A stretch of 64,000 bases of DNA from Paramoeba atlantica (Eukaryota > Protista > Discosea). The position numbers and the translations under genes are program-made. The stretch covers positions 54,732-118,731 of the forward strand of contig CDRNVI010000173.1 of assembly GCA_977017575.1 (NCBI GenBank), read 5' to 3'. Below, in pieces: positions 1 to 12,400 of this stretch (its first letter is position 1; every line of letters starts with the position of its first letter). The notes beneath the pieces were generated by a model. It did not search any database and was not told the DNA's origin. It saw only the letters and a list, made by a program, of their open reading frames with translations.

Positions 1-164
1 GTGAAGAAGGAAACAGAAGAGTGAGTGTGTTTGAGAAAGATGGAACATTTCTTTTTTCATTTGGTAAACATCACATGAAAGATCCTTATGGGATTGTTAT
101 TGATTCATTTGGAACAATTATTATTTCTGATTGGGAGAAGAAGTCGATTGAATTTTGGAAATAA
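1..164 (+). CDS. T1: 3' end of a TRIM-NHL family gene (last NHL blades), cut by the window edge
   Basis: The frame from base 3 reads EEGNRRVSVFEKDGTFLFSFGKHHMKDPYGIVIDSFGTIIISDWEKKSIEFWK*(TAA 162-164), matching the C-termini of T2-T8. Confidence 0.92.
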   Translation, partial: EEGNRRVSVFEKDGTFLFSFGKHHMKDPYGIVIDSFGTIIISDWEKKSIEFWK

Positions 165-800
165 CTAATTTTTGAAGAGAGGAGGAAGGTTTGTTTGTCA
201 TTTTCTTTTCTCTTGATTTCTATTCATTTAGCTGGGATTTTGTTTTTTTTTTCTCGATTTTCATTTGTTTTATTTTTTTAAATTAATTAACCATTTTTTT
301 GTTTTTTTGGTTCCTTTTTTCTGTATTTGGGAGGAAAATTAAAAAGAAAATTAACTTTTCCTCTCCCCCTTCCTCTCCTTCTCTTCCTTTTAGTCTCTGG
401 CGCGCTCTTACACATCTTCTTCAATTTCGATTCGATAATTTTCTTTGTGTGTTGTATTATGTTGTGGATGTTCTCTCTTTTTTCCTATTTTGTTTTCTCT
501 TCAAATTTTGGAGGTATTTTTTTCCTCTTTGCTTTGTTTTCTTGATTTGTTTTTATTTTTTTCTTTTTAATTTTTTTTTTGAGAATTTACTTCTGATGTT
601 GGGGTGAACAGAAAAATAGAGCTCCCAAAATGAATCTTCTCCTCTCTTTGTGTTTTGTTTTGTGTGTGTTGGATGGATCAACTTTATTGGCTCTTTTGTG
701 TTTCGTCTCTCTCTCTCCTTCCCCTCTCTTGTGTTGTGTTGTGTTGTGTTGTGTCTTTTTTTTTGTTTTTTCTTTCTGATTGAGGGGGAGGAATAAAACT
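165..800 (+). repeat. TRIM 3'-flank block duplicated at about 4911-5560, with related sequence downstream of other TRIM copies
   Basis: Shared ttttgaagagaggagga, ccttttagtctctgg, cacatcttcttcaatttcgattcgata..ttctttgtgtgttgtattatgttgtggatgttctctc and gtgaacagaaaaataga. Confidence 0.85.
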
Positions 801-1207
801 TCTTGGTTGATCAAATGAGGGTAATTAATACAATCTTTGGGAAAAAGGAAATTTTAATAATTAAAAAAATGAGAATATTACTCCCCCAAAGGAAGAACTT
901 CAACCCACCCCAAAATCGTTTCAAAGAAAGAGAAAATAGAAGAAACAACAACCTTGAAAATGAAAGAAGAAAGATGGGAAACACAAAAAAAGGTGTCAAT
1001 GGAGGAGAGAGAGAAGAGTCATCGATTGGTGTGGAGAAATCGAAAGCAGAAAAGAAGGAGAATCAAAAAAGCGAAGATTGGGAGCGAAAAGACCGTGCAG
1101 TCTCTGGAAGTTAAACACCCTAAAAAGAAGAAGAAGGGAGAGAATTATTAATCCGACAAAAAATGAGAAAAAAAAAAAAGAAAAAACAAACCTTCCTCCT
1201 CCTCTCT

Positions 1208-2763
1208 TCAAAATGATTTCCAAAATTCAATTGACTTATTCTCATAATCTGAAACAATAATTGTTCCAAATGAATCAATAACAACCCCATTAGGATCTCT
1301 CATATGATGTTGACCAAACGAAAAAAGAAATGTTCCATCTTTCTCAAACACACTCACTCTTCTATTTCCTGTATCACAAACAAAAATTCTACCTTCCCCA
1401 TCCACATCAACACTTCCCGGACAATCGAATTGAGAATCACCTGAACCTTCTGTTCCAAAACATCGAATAAAATTCCCTTCAATATCCATCACTTGAATCC
1501 GATGATTCCCCACATCAGAAATAACAATATTCCCATCTCTATCAACTACAACACCATAAGGTTGATCAAATTGACCTTCAGAAAAACCAAAAGAACCAAA
1601 AGAACGAAGAGAAGATCCATCATTATCAAACACTTGAATTCGATCATTTCCAGAGTCAGCAACAATAATTCGACCTTCTTCATCCACATCCACACCACAT
1701 GGTCGGTGAAACTGACCATCTTCAGAACCACTTGATACAAAAGATTTGATCAATTCTCCTTCTTCGTTTAAGATTACAACTCGATAACAATCTTGAGAAT
1801 GATCAAGAACAACAATTTGATCATTCAATCCAATTGAAACATCAACAGGTATCAACTGAAGTGAATCAATTGTTTTCTGAATTGTTGATTCAATCATCTC
1901 ATTTCCTTCTTTATCTCTCACTTTCAATCCACCCTCACCTTCACAAATAAAAATATTCCCATCACTGTTCACACTCACTCCATAAGGTTGATTCTTCAAA
2001 GGAAAAGAAGAAACAACACGAATCGAATCACCACCACCATCACAACAAATCACTCCTTTCTTTGGTTTTGAGAATAATCCAACAACAACTCCTTCAGAAA
2101 CAATATCAGTTGCAGTTTGAAGAAGAGTTGAAAAAAGTTGATCATCAAAAAAGAGAGAAACATCACAATCAGTTGTTGTTGTTGTTGGTGTGTTGGATAA
2201 ACGAATGATTGAATCTTTTCTGATTCTCAAATCTTCTTTCTCTAATTCTATTTCTTTCTTTTCAATTCTTTTCTTTTCTAATTTCTCTTCTAATTCTTTC
2301 ATTTCTTCTTCAATCTTTTTTCTTTTCTTTTCTATCAAAATCAATCTTTTCTCCAATTTATCTCCAATCTTTACAACTTCACTCCTTTTCTCCAAAATAC
2401 TTTCTTCAATTGATTTCACTTTCTCATTATGATCATCATGTGTTTCAAGAATACAACGAGTACAAACAAAAGAAGAACATTGAAAACAATATCCACAGAT
2501 TGTTTCAGATGGGTGTTTTGAACATTCTCTTTTCTTCAAATTCTCCAATCCCATCACTCCCACCACCCCCTCCTCCTCCAATCTTCTTCTTCTTCCACCT
2601 CTTCCCTCAACACCATCTCTTTCAGATCGTTTGTGATTTCGAGTGAAAATGTTTGAGGTGTGAGATGGATCACAAGAATCACAAATAAACATTTTACAAT
2701 CAGAACAAAACATTCGAGTTTGTTCTCCACACGTTTCGAAATTCGCACATTCTGATCCATCTC
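1208..2763 (-). CDS. T2: TRIM-NHL exon 2 only (B-box1, B-box2, coiled coil, 6 NHL); RING exon missing, so RING-less protein or pseudogene
   Basis: Open frame from the family acceptor (aacag|GAGATGGA at 2763) to the stop at 1208. Only about 13 nt of intron remain upstream before the sequence switches to the + strand T3 RING exon. First in-frame ATG is at 2713. Confidence 0.85.
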
Positions 2764-2832
2764 CTGTTGTTTTGTTACCTTCTATATTGTGGTGATGAAC
2801 AACAAAATGAAGGAGAAAGAGAAGAAGAGGTG

Positions 2833-4916
2833 ATGAAAAGAAGAAGAAAGGAAGAAGAAGAGAAAAAGAAAAGATTTGAATGTGGAATCTGTTTGGAGTT
2901 AATGAATTGGGAAAAAGAACCAAGGTTGTTACCTTGTTGTGGTCTTTCTTTTTGTACTCTTTGTCTTACCAAACTCTTTCTTCTTCAAAATCCTTCTCCT
3001 TCTTCTTCCTCTTCTTCTTCTTCTCTTTCTCCTTCTCCTTCTCCTTCTCCCTCTTCTTCTTCTTCCTCTTCTTCTTCTTCTCTTTCTCCTTCTCCCTCTC
3101 CCTCTCCTTGTTTCTCTTCTTCTTCCTCTTCTTCCTCCTCTCCTTCTTTGAAAGGAGTGAAATGTCCAGTTTGTAGAGAAATGAACGAATGTGAAAGCGT
3201 TGAAACACTTTCGATGAATTATTTGATTCCAGAAACGATTGATGTTCTTCTTTCTTCAAATTTGATCTCTTTCTCCAATCAACCAGGTTTTTTTCTCCAC
3301 TTTGGAACTCTCACTTTCTTTCCTCTTTCCTTTCTTTCTTCCTTGAAAAACATAATTTTGAAAAAGAAACAACAGGAGATGGTGGATCAAAATGTGTAAA
3401 TTTCGAAACGTGTGGAGAACGAACTCAAATGTATTGTTCTGCTTGCAACATGTTTATTTGTGATTCTTGTGATCCATCTCACACTTCAACTATTTTCACT
3501 CAAAATCACAAACGATCTGAAAGAGATGGTGTTGAGGGAGGTGGAAGAAGAAAAAGATTGGAAGAGGAGGGAGGGGTGGTGGGAGTGGGATTAGAGAATT
3601 TGAAGAAGAGAGAATGTTCAAAACACCCATCTGAAACAATTTGTGGATTTTGTTTTCAATGTTCTTCTTTTGTTTGTACTCGTTGTATTCTTGGTACACA
3701 TGATGATCACAATAAGAAAGTGAAATCAATTGAAGAAAGTATTTTAGAGAAAAGGAATGAAGTTGTAAAGATTGGAGATAAATTGGAGAAAAGATTGATT
3801 TTGATTGAAAAGAAAAGAAAAAGAATTGAAGAAGAAATGAAAGAATTAGAAGAGAAATTAGAAAAGAAAAGAATTGAAAAGAAAGAAATAGAATTAGAGA
3901 AAGAAGATTTGAGAATCAGAAAAGATTCAATCATTCGTTTATCCAACACACCAACAACAACAACAACAACTGATTGTGATGTTTCTCTCTTTTTTGATGA
4001 TCAACTTTTTTCAACTCTTCTTCAAACTGCAACTGATATTGTTTCTGAAGGAGGTGTTGTTGGATTACTCAAACCAAAGAAAGGAGTGATTTGTTGTGAT
4101 GGTGGTGGTGATTCAATTCGTTTTGTTTCTTCATTTCCTTTGACAAAAGGAACTTTGGGAGTGAGTGTGAACAGTGATGGGAATATTTTTATTTGTGAAG
4201 ATGACGGATTGAGGGTGAGAGATAAAGAAGGAAATGAGATTGGTTCAATTCAGAAAACAATTGATTCATTTGAGTTGGAACCTGTTGATGTTTCAATTGG
4301 ATTGAATGATCAAATTGTTGTTATTGATTGGTCTTCTTATCGAGTTGTAATCTTAAACAAAGAAGGAGAATTGATCAAATCTTTTGGATCAAAAGGTTCT
4401 GAAGATAGTCAGTTTGATGATCCAAATGGTGTGGATGTAGATGAAGCAGGTCGAATTATTGTTGCTGATACTGACAACCACCGAATTCAAGTGTTTGATA
4501 ATGATGGATCTTTTCTTCATTCTTTTGGTTCAAAAGGTTCTTCTGATGGTCAATTTAATCAACCAAATAGTGTTGTAGTTGATGGAGATGGGAATATTGT
4601 TGTTTGTGATTCTGGAAATGATCGGATTCAAGTGATGGATATTGAAGGGAATTTTATTCGATGTTTTGGAACAAAAGGTTCAGGTCCTTCTCAATTAAAC
4701 GAGCCACAAGGTGTTGATGTGGATGGGGAAGGTAGAATTTTTGTTTGTGATACAGGAAACAGAAGAGTGAGTGTGTTTGAGAAAGATGGAACATTTCTCT
4801 TTTCGTTTGGTAAACATCGCATGGAAGATCCTTTTGGGGTTGTTATTGATTCATTTGGAACAATTATTGTTTCTGATTGGGAGAAGAAGTCAATTGAATT
4901 GTGGAAATCGTTTTGA
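2833..4916 (+). CDS. T3: RING-B-box-B-box-coiled coil-NHL protein (TRIM-NHL-like E3 ligase) with truncated N-terminal head
   Basis: Exon 1 ends at 3286 (CCA G|gttttt) and exon 2 starts at 3376 (aacag|GAGATGGT); the phase-1 join is in frame. Motifs: RING CGIC..PCCGLSFCxxC..CPVC, B-box2 CSKHPSETICGFCFQC..C..C...H..H, six NHL repeats. The usual MSENRGKRKR head is absent, so the ATG at 2833 is the first available start. Confidence 0.88.
2991..3147 (+). repeat. TCT/TCC/CCT microsatellite encoding a poly-Ser/Pro loop inside the RING; length differs in every TRIM copy
   Basis: Directly visible between the CxxC..LQNP and KGVKCPVC segments. Confidence 0.9.
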
Positions 4917-6029
4917 AGAGAGGAGGAAGAAAGGGTTTGTTTTTTTTTCATTTTCTTTTCTCTTGATTTTTATTTTTTTTTTCACTGGGACTTTGTTTTT
5001 TCTTCTTTCTTTTTTCTTTTTCTTGATTTCATTTGTTTTTTTTTTCAATTATTTTATTCCTCTCCTCCTCTTCCTTTTAGTCTCTGGGCGCTCTTTTTGT
5101 TCCCAACACATCTTCTTCAATTTCGATTCGATACTTTTCTTTGTGTGTTGTATTATGTTGTGGATGTTCTCTCTTTTTTCCTATTTTGTTTTCTCTTCAA
5201 ATTTTGGAGGTATTTTTTTCCTCTTTGCTTTGTTTTCTTGATTTGTTTTTATTTTTTTTCTTTTTAATTTTTTTTTTGAGAATTTACTTCTGATCTTTTT
5301 TTTGTTTGTGTGAACAGAAAAATAGATCTTCCTATGAGTCTTCTCCTCTCTTTATGTTTTGTTTTGTGTGCGTTAGATGGATCAACTTTATTGGCTCTTT
5401 TGTGTAAAAAAAAGACCTCCTCTCTCTCCTTCCTTTCTCTTGTGTTGTGTTGTGTTGTGAAATTCTGTCTTCTTTCTCCTTTTCTTTTCGATGTTTTTTG
5501 TTTTTTTTTTTGTTCCAAATGCCTCTTCCCTCTCCTCACTTCACTCCTTTCTGTTTCTCTTTCTTTCATTTGTTTTGATTTTTGGGTGGATTTCTCAGTT
5601 CTTCATCCTTTTTGTGGAATAATACTTTGGTTTTTTTTGGTTGATTAAATGATTCAAATTTCTTTTCAATTCTTTCCTTTTCTTTTTCCATTTTTCTCTC
5701 ATTAAAAAAGCATTGAGGATCTTCATTCAACAAAAAGTCTACAAAAACACAAAATTTGCAAAACAGAGAAGAGAAGAAGACAGAATCTAACACAATCACA
5801 AAAGAGAGGATTTGAGGAGAAAGTCTGTTTTTTTTTCACACAAAAGAATAAAAAAAAATTCTTTGAAGTTGATCATCTCAACACAAAAGAGAAGAGAACA
5901 GAAAGAGAGGTCCCAAAGTGAGAATTCAACAACAAACAAAAAAGATCATCAGTGATTTTCTCAAAAAAAAAAACCACCAAAAAAAGCACAACAAAACCAA
6001 AAGAGAAAATAAATTCAACAAAAAACAAA

Positions 6030-8180
6030 TTAGTTGTTCCATAATTCAATGGACCAGGTATCAAAATCTAAAACAAGAATTGATCCAAATGAATCAATAA
6101 CAACCCTAGTAGGGTTCTCCATGTAACCTTTACCAAACGAAAAAAGAAATGTTCCATCTTTCTCAAACACACTCACCCTTTTGTTTACTTCTTCACAAAC
6201 AACAATTCTACCTTCTCCATCCACATCAACACTTAGTGGACCATTGATTCGAGAATCACGTGAACCTTTTCTTCCAAAACATCGAATAAAATTCCCTTCA
6301 ATATCCATCACTTGAATCCGGTCATTCCCAGAATCACAAACAACAATATTTCCATCTCTGTCAACTCCAACACCGTTTGGTTGATTGAATTGACCTTCAG
6401 AAGAACCTTTCGAACCAAAAGAACGAAGAAAAGATCCATCATTATCAAACACTTGAATTCGATCATTCAAAGTATCAGCGACAATAATTCGACCTTCTTC
6501 ATCCACATCCACACCACCTGGTTCATCAAACTGACCATCTTCATCACCATCTGATCCAAAAGATTTGATCAATTCTCCTTCTTCGTTTAAGATTACAACT
6601 CGAAAAGAATCTTGAGACCAATCAAGAACAACAATTTGATCATTCAATCCAATTGAAACATCAATAGGTTTCAACTGAAGTGAATCAATTGTTTTCTGAA
6701 TTGTTGATTCAATCATCTCATTTCCTTCTTTATCTCTCACTCTCAATCAATCACCTTCACAAACAAAAATATTCCCATCACTGTTCACACTCATTCCCCA
6801 AGGTCGATTCTTCAAAGGAAAAGAAGAAACAACACAAAAAGAATCACCACCACCATCACAACAAATCACTCCTTTCTTTCGAAACCCAACTCCTCCTTCG
6901 AAAACAATATCATTTGCAGTTTGAAGAAGAGTTGAAAAAAGTTGATCATCAAAAAAAAGAGAAACATCACAATCAGTTGTTGTTGTTGTTGTTGGTGTGT
7001 TGGATAAACGAATAATTGAATCTTTTCTGATTCTTAAATCTTCTTTCTCCAATTCTATTTCTTTCTTTTCAATTCTTTTCTTTTCTAATTTATCTTCTAA
7101 TTCTTTCATTTCTTCTTCAATCTTTTTTCTTTCTTCCTCAATCACAATCAATCTTTTTTCCAATTTATCTCCTATCTTCACAACTTCATTTCTCTTCTCT
7201 AAAATACTTTCTTCAATCGATTTCACTTTCTTTCTGTGATCATCATGCGTCCCAAGAATACAACAAACACAAACAAAAGAAGAACATTGAAAACAATATC
7301 CACTGATTGTTTCAGATGGGTGTTTTGAACATTCTCTCTTCTTCAATTTCTCTAATCCCACCACCCCCACCTCCAATCTTCTTCTTCCACCTCCCTCAAC
7401 ACCATCTCTTTCAGATCGTTTGTGATTTCGAGTGAAAATGTTTGAAGTGTGAGATGGATCACAAGAATCACAATAAACATATCACATTTGGAACAAAACA
7501 TTTGAGTTCGTTCTCCACACGTTCCAAAATTGGCACATTCCATTCCTCCATCTCCTATTTTGGTTTCTTTTTCATCAATTCAAGAGAGAAGGAAGGTTGA
7601 CAAGAAAAGAGAGAAAAATTAAGAAAAGTGAAAAAAAACTTGATTGATTGGAGAAAGAGAGCAAATTTGAAGAAAGAAGAACATCAATCGTTTCTGGAAT
7701 CAAATAATTCATCGAAAGTGTTTCAATCGTTTCACATTCGTTCATTTCTCTACACACTGGACATTTCACTCCTTTCTTCTTCTTTTCAGTTTGTAATGAA
7801 GATGAGCATGAAGAGGAAGAGGAAGAAGAAGAAGAAGGATTTTGATGATGAAAGAGATTGTTGAGACAAAGAGAGCAAAAAGAAAGACCACAACAAGGTA
7901 ACAACCTTGGTTCTTTTTCCCAACTCATTAACTCCAAACATATTCCACATTCAAATCTTTTCTTTTTCTCTTCTTCTTCTTTCTCTCTTCTTCTCTTTAT
8001 TCTCTCTCCTTCTTCTCTCTCTTTTCTTTGTTGTTCTTGATCTTCTATTTCTTGTTCTTCTCCAATATCACTTTCATCATCATCCTTAGTTTGTTCTTTT
8101 GTTTTTCGTTTATCCTTCTTCTTCTCACTTTTCACAATCTCTATTCCTCCTCTCTTTTTCTCTCCTTTTCCTTCACTCAT
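6030..8180 (-). pseudogene. T4: TRIM-NHL copy with two disabling lesions
   Basis: Exon 1 is 8180-7640 and exon 2 starts at 7554. A 1-nt deletion in B-box1 near 7472 (atgtttattgtgat vs atgtttatttgtgat in paralogues) shifts the frame. An in-frame TGA at 6747-6749 sits where paralogues have GGA. Confidence 0.8.
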
Positions 8181-8855
8181 TTGTTTTCACTTCCAACCCC
8201 CAACAACAAAAAAAAAAAGAAACAACTTTTGAAAAGAGAACAAAAACACAATAAAATAGATGAAGATCTCTGTGAACAATAAAGAATCAATAACCACACA
8301 CACAAAAACAAGAAAAAGAAGAAAATAAAAACCTTTTCTCAAAAAAACTCAAAAAAAGAAAGATCTCTCCCAACAAATCCAACAACAACAAAGAATGGTA
8401 AAAAAAAACACTCTCTCTCTCTCCAAAAAAAGAGGACAAAAAACTAGCAGTAGAAGAGAGAGAGACAAGAAAACGAAAATGTGGAGAGAGACTCCTCCTC
8501 AATCACAACTCACAACACACAAAAGAAAGCCTGAATAATTTCACAAAAAGAGAGAAAAAGAGAGAAAAAGTCTGTCAACAAAAAGAGACTACACACAAAA
8601 GAAATAAAAGAGAAAGAGAGAAAAGAGAGAGACCCAAGAAGATGGAAGAAGAGACGGAATAAGGGAAGAAACAAACAAAAACGAGAGAGAGAGAGAGGGA
8701 AGAAGACAGAAGAAGTGCAGATGAAGAAGGACAAGACTCTCCAAGAGACGGAAGAAGAAGAGGCGAAAGAAAGGAAGAAACAAACAAATCAAGAGAGCCC
8801 CAAAAAAAACTCTGTCTCAAGAAAAAAAGAAAAACAGAAAAATGAGAGAAAAAAA

Positions 8856-8902
8856 GAAAGGGTCCGAAAAGAGGATTCAAAACTTTTTAAACCTCTGAAA
8901 AA
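8856..8902. promoter_or_regulatory. Conserved about 47-bp TRIM upstream element, copy 1
   Basis: gaaagggtccgaaaagaggattcaaaactttttaaacctctgaaaaa, near-identical to the copies at 12352 and (reverse complement) 18571. Regulatory role is inferred from position. Confidence 0.5.
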
Positions 8903-9628
8903 AATATTACAAAAACTCACCAAAAACTTTTTCTTTTTCGTTTTTCCCTCTCCTCTCTTCTCTCTCTTCTCTCTCTTCTCTCTCCTTCTCACTTCACAAC
9001 TCCCTTTGTGTTTGTATCTTTCTTTCTTTATCACTCAATTTTGTGGGAGATTTTTTGTTTTGATTTTGATAAAAGATCAAAAGTTGAAGTTGAAAGTTGA
9101 TTTGAAGTTGAAAAAGTGTCAGGATTATAATGATTGAAACCAAGTTGAAATTTAATTGTCATATTAAACTTTCTTTTTAAACAAATTTCTCTCATTGATC
9201 AACAAAATATTCATTCCTCCTTTTTGAGAAATAACAAAGGAACAAAAAAAAAGAATCTTGAGCTGTATTGAAATTCATTCAACCAAAAAATAGAAGAAGC
9301 ACCCAAAAGAACAGAAAAGGAAAGAAATAACAAAAAAAAGAAAATGTCAGAAAGAGAAGAAGAAGAAGAGAAAACACAAAGATAGGAAAAGCGAAATTGA
9401 GAAAAGTTTTCACAAAAGAAGGATAAATTGAATTGAAAAATTGAAGATGTTGGGAGAGAAGAAGACCGCACCAAAGACTAAAAGGGAGGAGGAGGAGTAA
9501 AATATTAATTTCTTTTCTATTAATTTTCCTCCCAAAAAACAGAAAAAAAAGGAAACAAAATGACAACAAAAAAAATGTTGAAAAGAAAGAAAGAGAAAAG
9601 AAAATGAAAAAAAAAAAACTCTTCAAAA

Positions 9629-11843
9629 TTAGTTATTCCAAAATTCAAGTGATTTTTTCACACCATCCGAAACAATAATTGATCCAAATGAATCAATAAC
9701 AACCCCATGAGGCCCTTCCATGTGACCTTTACCAAACGAAAAAAGAAATGTTCCATCTTTCTCAAACACACTCACTCTTCTATTTTCAAAATCAGAAACA
9801 ACAATTCTACCTTCCCTATCAACATCAACACCTCTTGGATAACTCAATTGAGAATCATCTGAACCATATGTTCCAAAACATCGAATAAAATTCCCTTCAA
9901 TATCCATCACTTGAATCCGGTGATTCCAACAATCAGAAATAACAATATTCCCATCTCTATCAACTCTAATATGGTTTGGGTAATAAAAGTGACCTTTCGA
10001 AGAACCTTTTGAACCAAAAGAACGAAGAAAAGATCCATCATTATCAAACACTTGAATTCGATGATTTGCAGTATCAGCAACAATAATTCGACCTTCTTCA
10101 TCCACATCCACACCACAGGGTTCCTCAAACTGACCATCTTCAGAACCTTTTGATCCAAAAGATTTGATCAATTCTCCTTCTTTGTTTAAGATTACAACTC
10201 GATAAGAACCTTGAGAATGATCAAGAACAACAATTTGATCAACCAATCCAATTGAAACATCAACAGGATCCAAATGAAGTGAATCAATTGTTTTCTGAAT
10301 TGTTGATTCAATCATCTCATTTCCTTCTTTATCTCTCACTCTCAATCCAACCTCACCTTCACAAGCAAAAATATTTCCATCACTGTTCACACTCATTCCA
10401 AAAGATTGACTTGCTAAAGGAAAAGAAGAAACAACACGAAATGAATCACCACCACAAATCACTCCTTTCTTTGGTTTGAGGAATCCAACAACACCTCCTT
10501 CAAAAACAATATCAGTTGCAGTTTGAAGAAGAGTTGAAAAAAGTTGATCATCAAAAAGAGAGATCCCAGTTGGTGTGTTGGATAAACGAATGATGGAATC
10601 TTTTCTTATTTTCAAATCTTCTTTCTCCAATTCTATTTCTTTCTTTTCAATTCTTTTCTTTTCTAATTTCTCTTCTAATTCTTTCATTTCTTCTTCAATC
10701 CTTTTTCTTTTTTCTTCAATCAAAATCAATCTTCTCTCCAATCTATCTCCAATCCTCACAACTTCATTTCTCTTCTCCAAAATACTTTCTTCAATTGATT
10801 TCACTTTCTCATTGTGATCATCATGTGTACCAAGAATACAACGAGTACAAACAAAAGAAGAACATTGAAAACAATATCCACTGATTGTTTCAGATGGGTG
10901 TTTTGAACATTCTCTCTTCTTCAAATTCTCCAATCCCATCACTCCCACCACCCCTCCCTCCTCTTCCAATCTTCTTCTTCTTCCACCTCCCTCAACACCA
11001 TCTCTTTCAGATCGTTTGTGATTTTGAGAGAAAAGAGTTGAAGTATGAGATGGATCACAAGAATCACAAATAAACATGTCACATTTGGAACAAAACATTC
11101 GAGTTAGTTCTCCACATGTTTCGAAATTCGCACATTCTGATCCATCATCTCCTATTTTGGTTTCTTTTTCATCAATTCAAGAGAGAAGGAAAGGTTGAAA
11201 AAGAAAAGAGAGAAAAAAATGAAGAAAAACGAAAAAAATTACTTGATTGATTGGAGAAAGAGATCAAATTTGAAGAAAGAAGAACATCAATCGTTTCTGG
11301 AATCAAATAATTCATCGAAAGTGTCTCAACGCTTTCACATTCGTTCATTTCTCGACACACTGGACATTTTACTCCTTTCAAAGAAGAAAAAGAAGAGGAA
11401 GAAGAGGGAGAGGAAGAAGAAGAAGAGGAAGGATTTTGAAGAAGAAAGATTTTGTTGAGACAAGGTGAACAAAAAGAAAGACTACAACAAGGTAACAACC
11501 TTGGTTCTTTTTCCCAATTCATTAATTCTAAACAGATCCCACATTCAAATCTTTTCGTTTTCTCTTCTTCTTCCTTTCTTCTTCTTTTCATCACCACCAC
11601 TCCTTCTCTTTCTCTTTCTCCTTCTTCACTTTGTTGTTCTCTCTTTCCAAGAACATCCTCATTTCTTCTTTCTCTTTGTTCTTTTTCATCATCATTATCT
11701 TCAATCACAACAACATCAGCATCGTCACAATCTGTTGTTTGATCTTCCTCCTCTTTCTTTCCTCTTTCGATTTTTCTCTTTTTCTCAGTTTCTAATTCTG
11801 TTTCTCCTCCTCCTCTCTTTCTCTTTCCTCTATTTTCACTCAT
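9629..11843 (-). CDS. T5: intact TRIM-NHL-like E3 ligase
   Basis: ATG 11843 (MSENRGKRKR). Exon 1 ends at 11243 (TCA A|gtaatt) and exon 2 starts at 11151 (aatag|GAGATGAT). The join is in frame to the stop at 9629, with all domains present. Confidence 0.92.
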
Positions 11844-12351
11844 TTTGTCTCTCTGTGGGAAAAAACAAGAGAGAGGGGGAAGATCTCTGTGAAAGAAAAA
11901 GAAGAAATGTGAGGAAGGGGAAATTCGCACAAAAGAAATGGAAGAAAATGAAAATGAAAATGAAAAAGAAACCAAACCAAACTATCCGAGAAAACCAATT
12001 CTTCTTCTTCTTGGTCAAGACCAAAACGAATTCTCTCTAAGAAGGGAAAGATGCCAAAGAGCCACAAATATTCCAAGTACCGAAGAGAGTAGAGGAGCCC
12101 AAAACAATATCTCTGGAAAAGAGAAACAAAAGAACGAAAACAATCAAACGAAGACACAACTGAAGAGAGGAGGCGGAGACTTCGAGTAAAAGAGTCTGAA
12201 AAAAAAAGAGAAGAGAAGAGAGAATCTTCTTGGGAAAAAGGAGAGAGAGAGAGAGAGAAAGGTCCAAAACGAAGACACAGGCAACTGAAGAGGTACAAAC
12301 GAAAACGAGAGAGAGGGAAGAAAAGGAAACAGAAAAACACAAAAGAAAAAA

Positions 12352-12400
12352 GAAAGGGTCCGAAAAGACGATTCAAAACTTTTTTAACATCTGAAAAAAC
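12352..12400. promoter_or_regulatory. Conserved TRIM upstream element, copy 2, midway between divergent T5 and T6
   Basis: gaaagggtccgaaaagacgattcaaaacttttttaacatctgaaaaaacc, about 510 nt from each ATG. Confidence 0.5.

Noticed and set aside
299-1260. Numerous F/L/S-rich or K/R/E-rich ORFs of 60-200 aa here and throughout the window
   Set aside because: They arise from T/C- or A/G-rich intergenic and intronic tracts that lack stops by composition; they show no domain motifs or splice support.
2190-2432. Conserved 80-aa antisense ORF (MLDKR..ESFLILKSSFS) repeated in every TRIM copy
   Set aside because: It is the reverse complement of the conserved GAA/AAA-rich coiled-coil exon, and its conservation is explained by the sense gene.
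6747-6749. In-frame TGA at a Gly position as possible stop-codon reassignment or selenocysteine
   Set aside because: TGA terminates several intact genes here (T3, T6, ANK-C, PI3K), the same copy also has a frameshift, and the position is Gly, not Cys or Trp.
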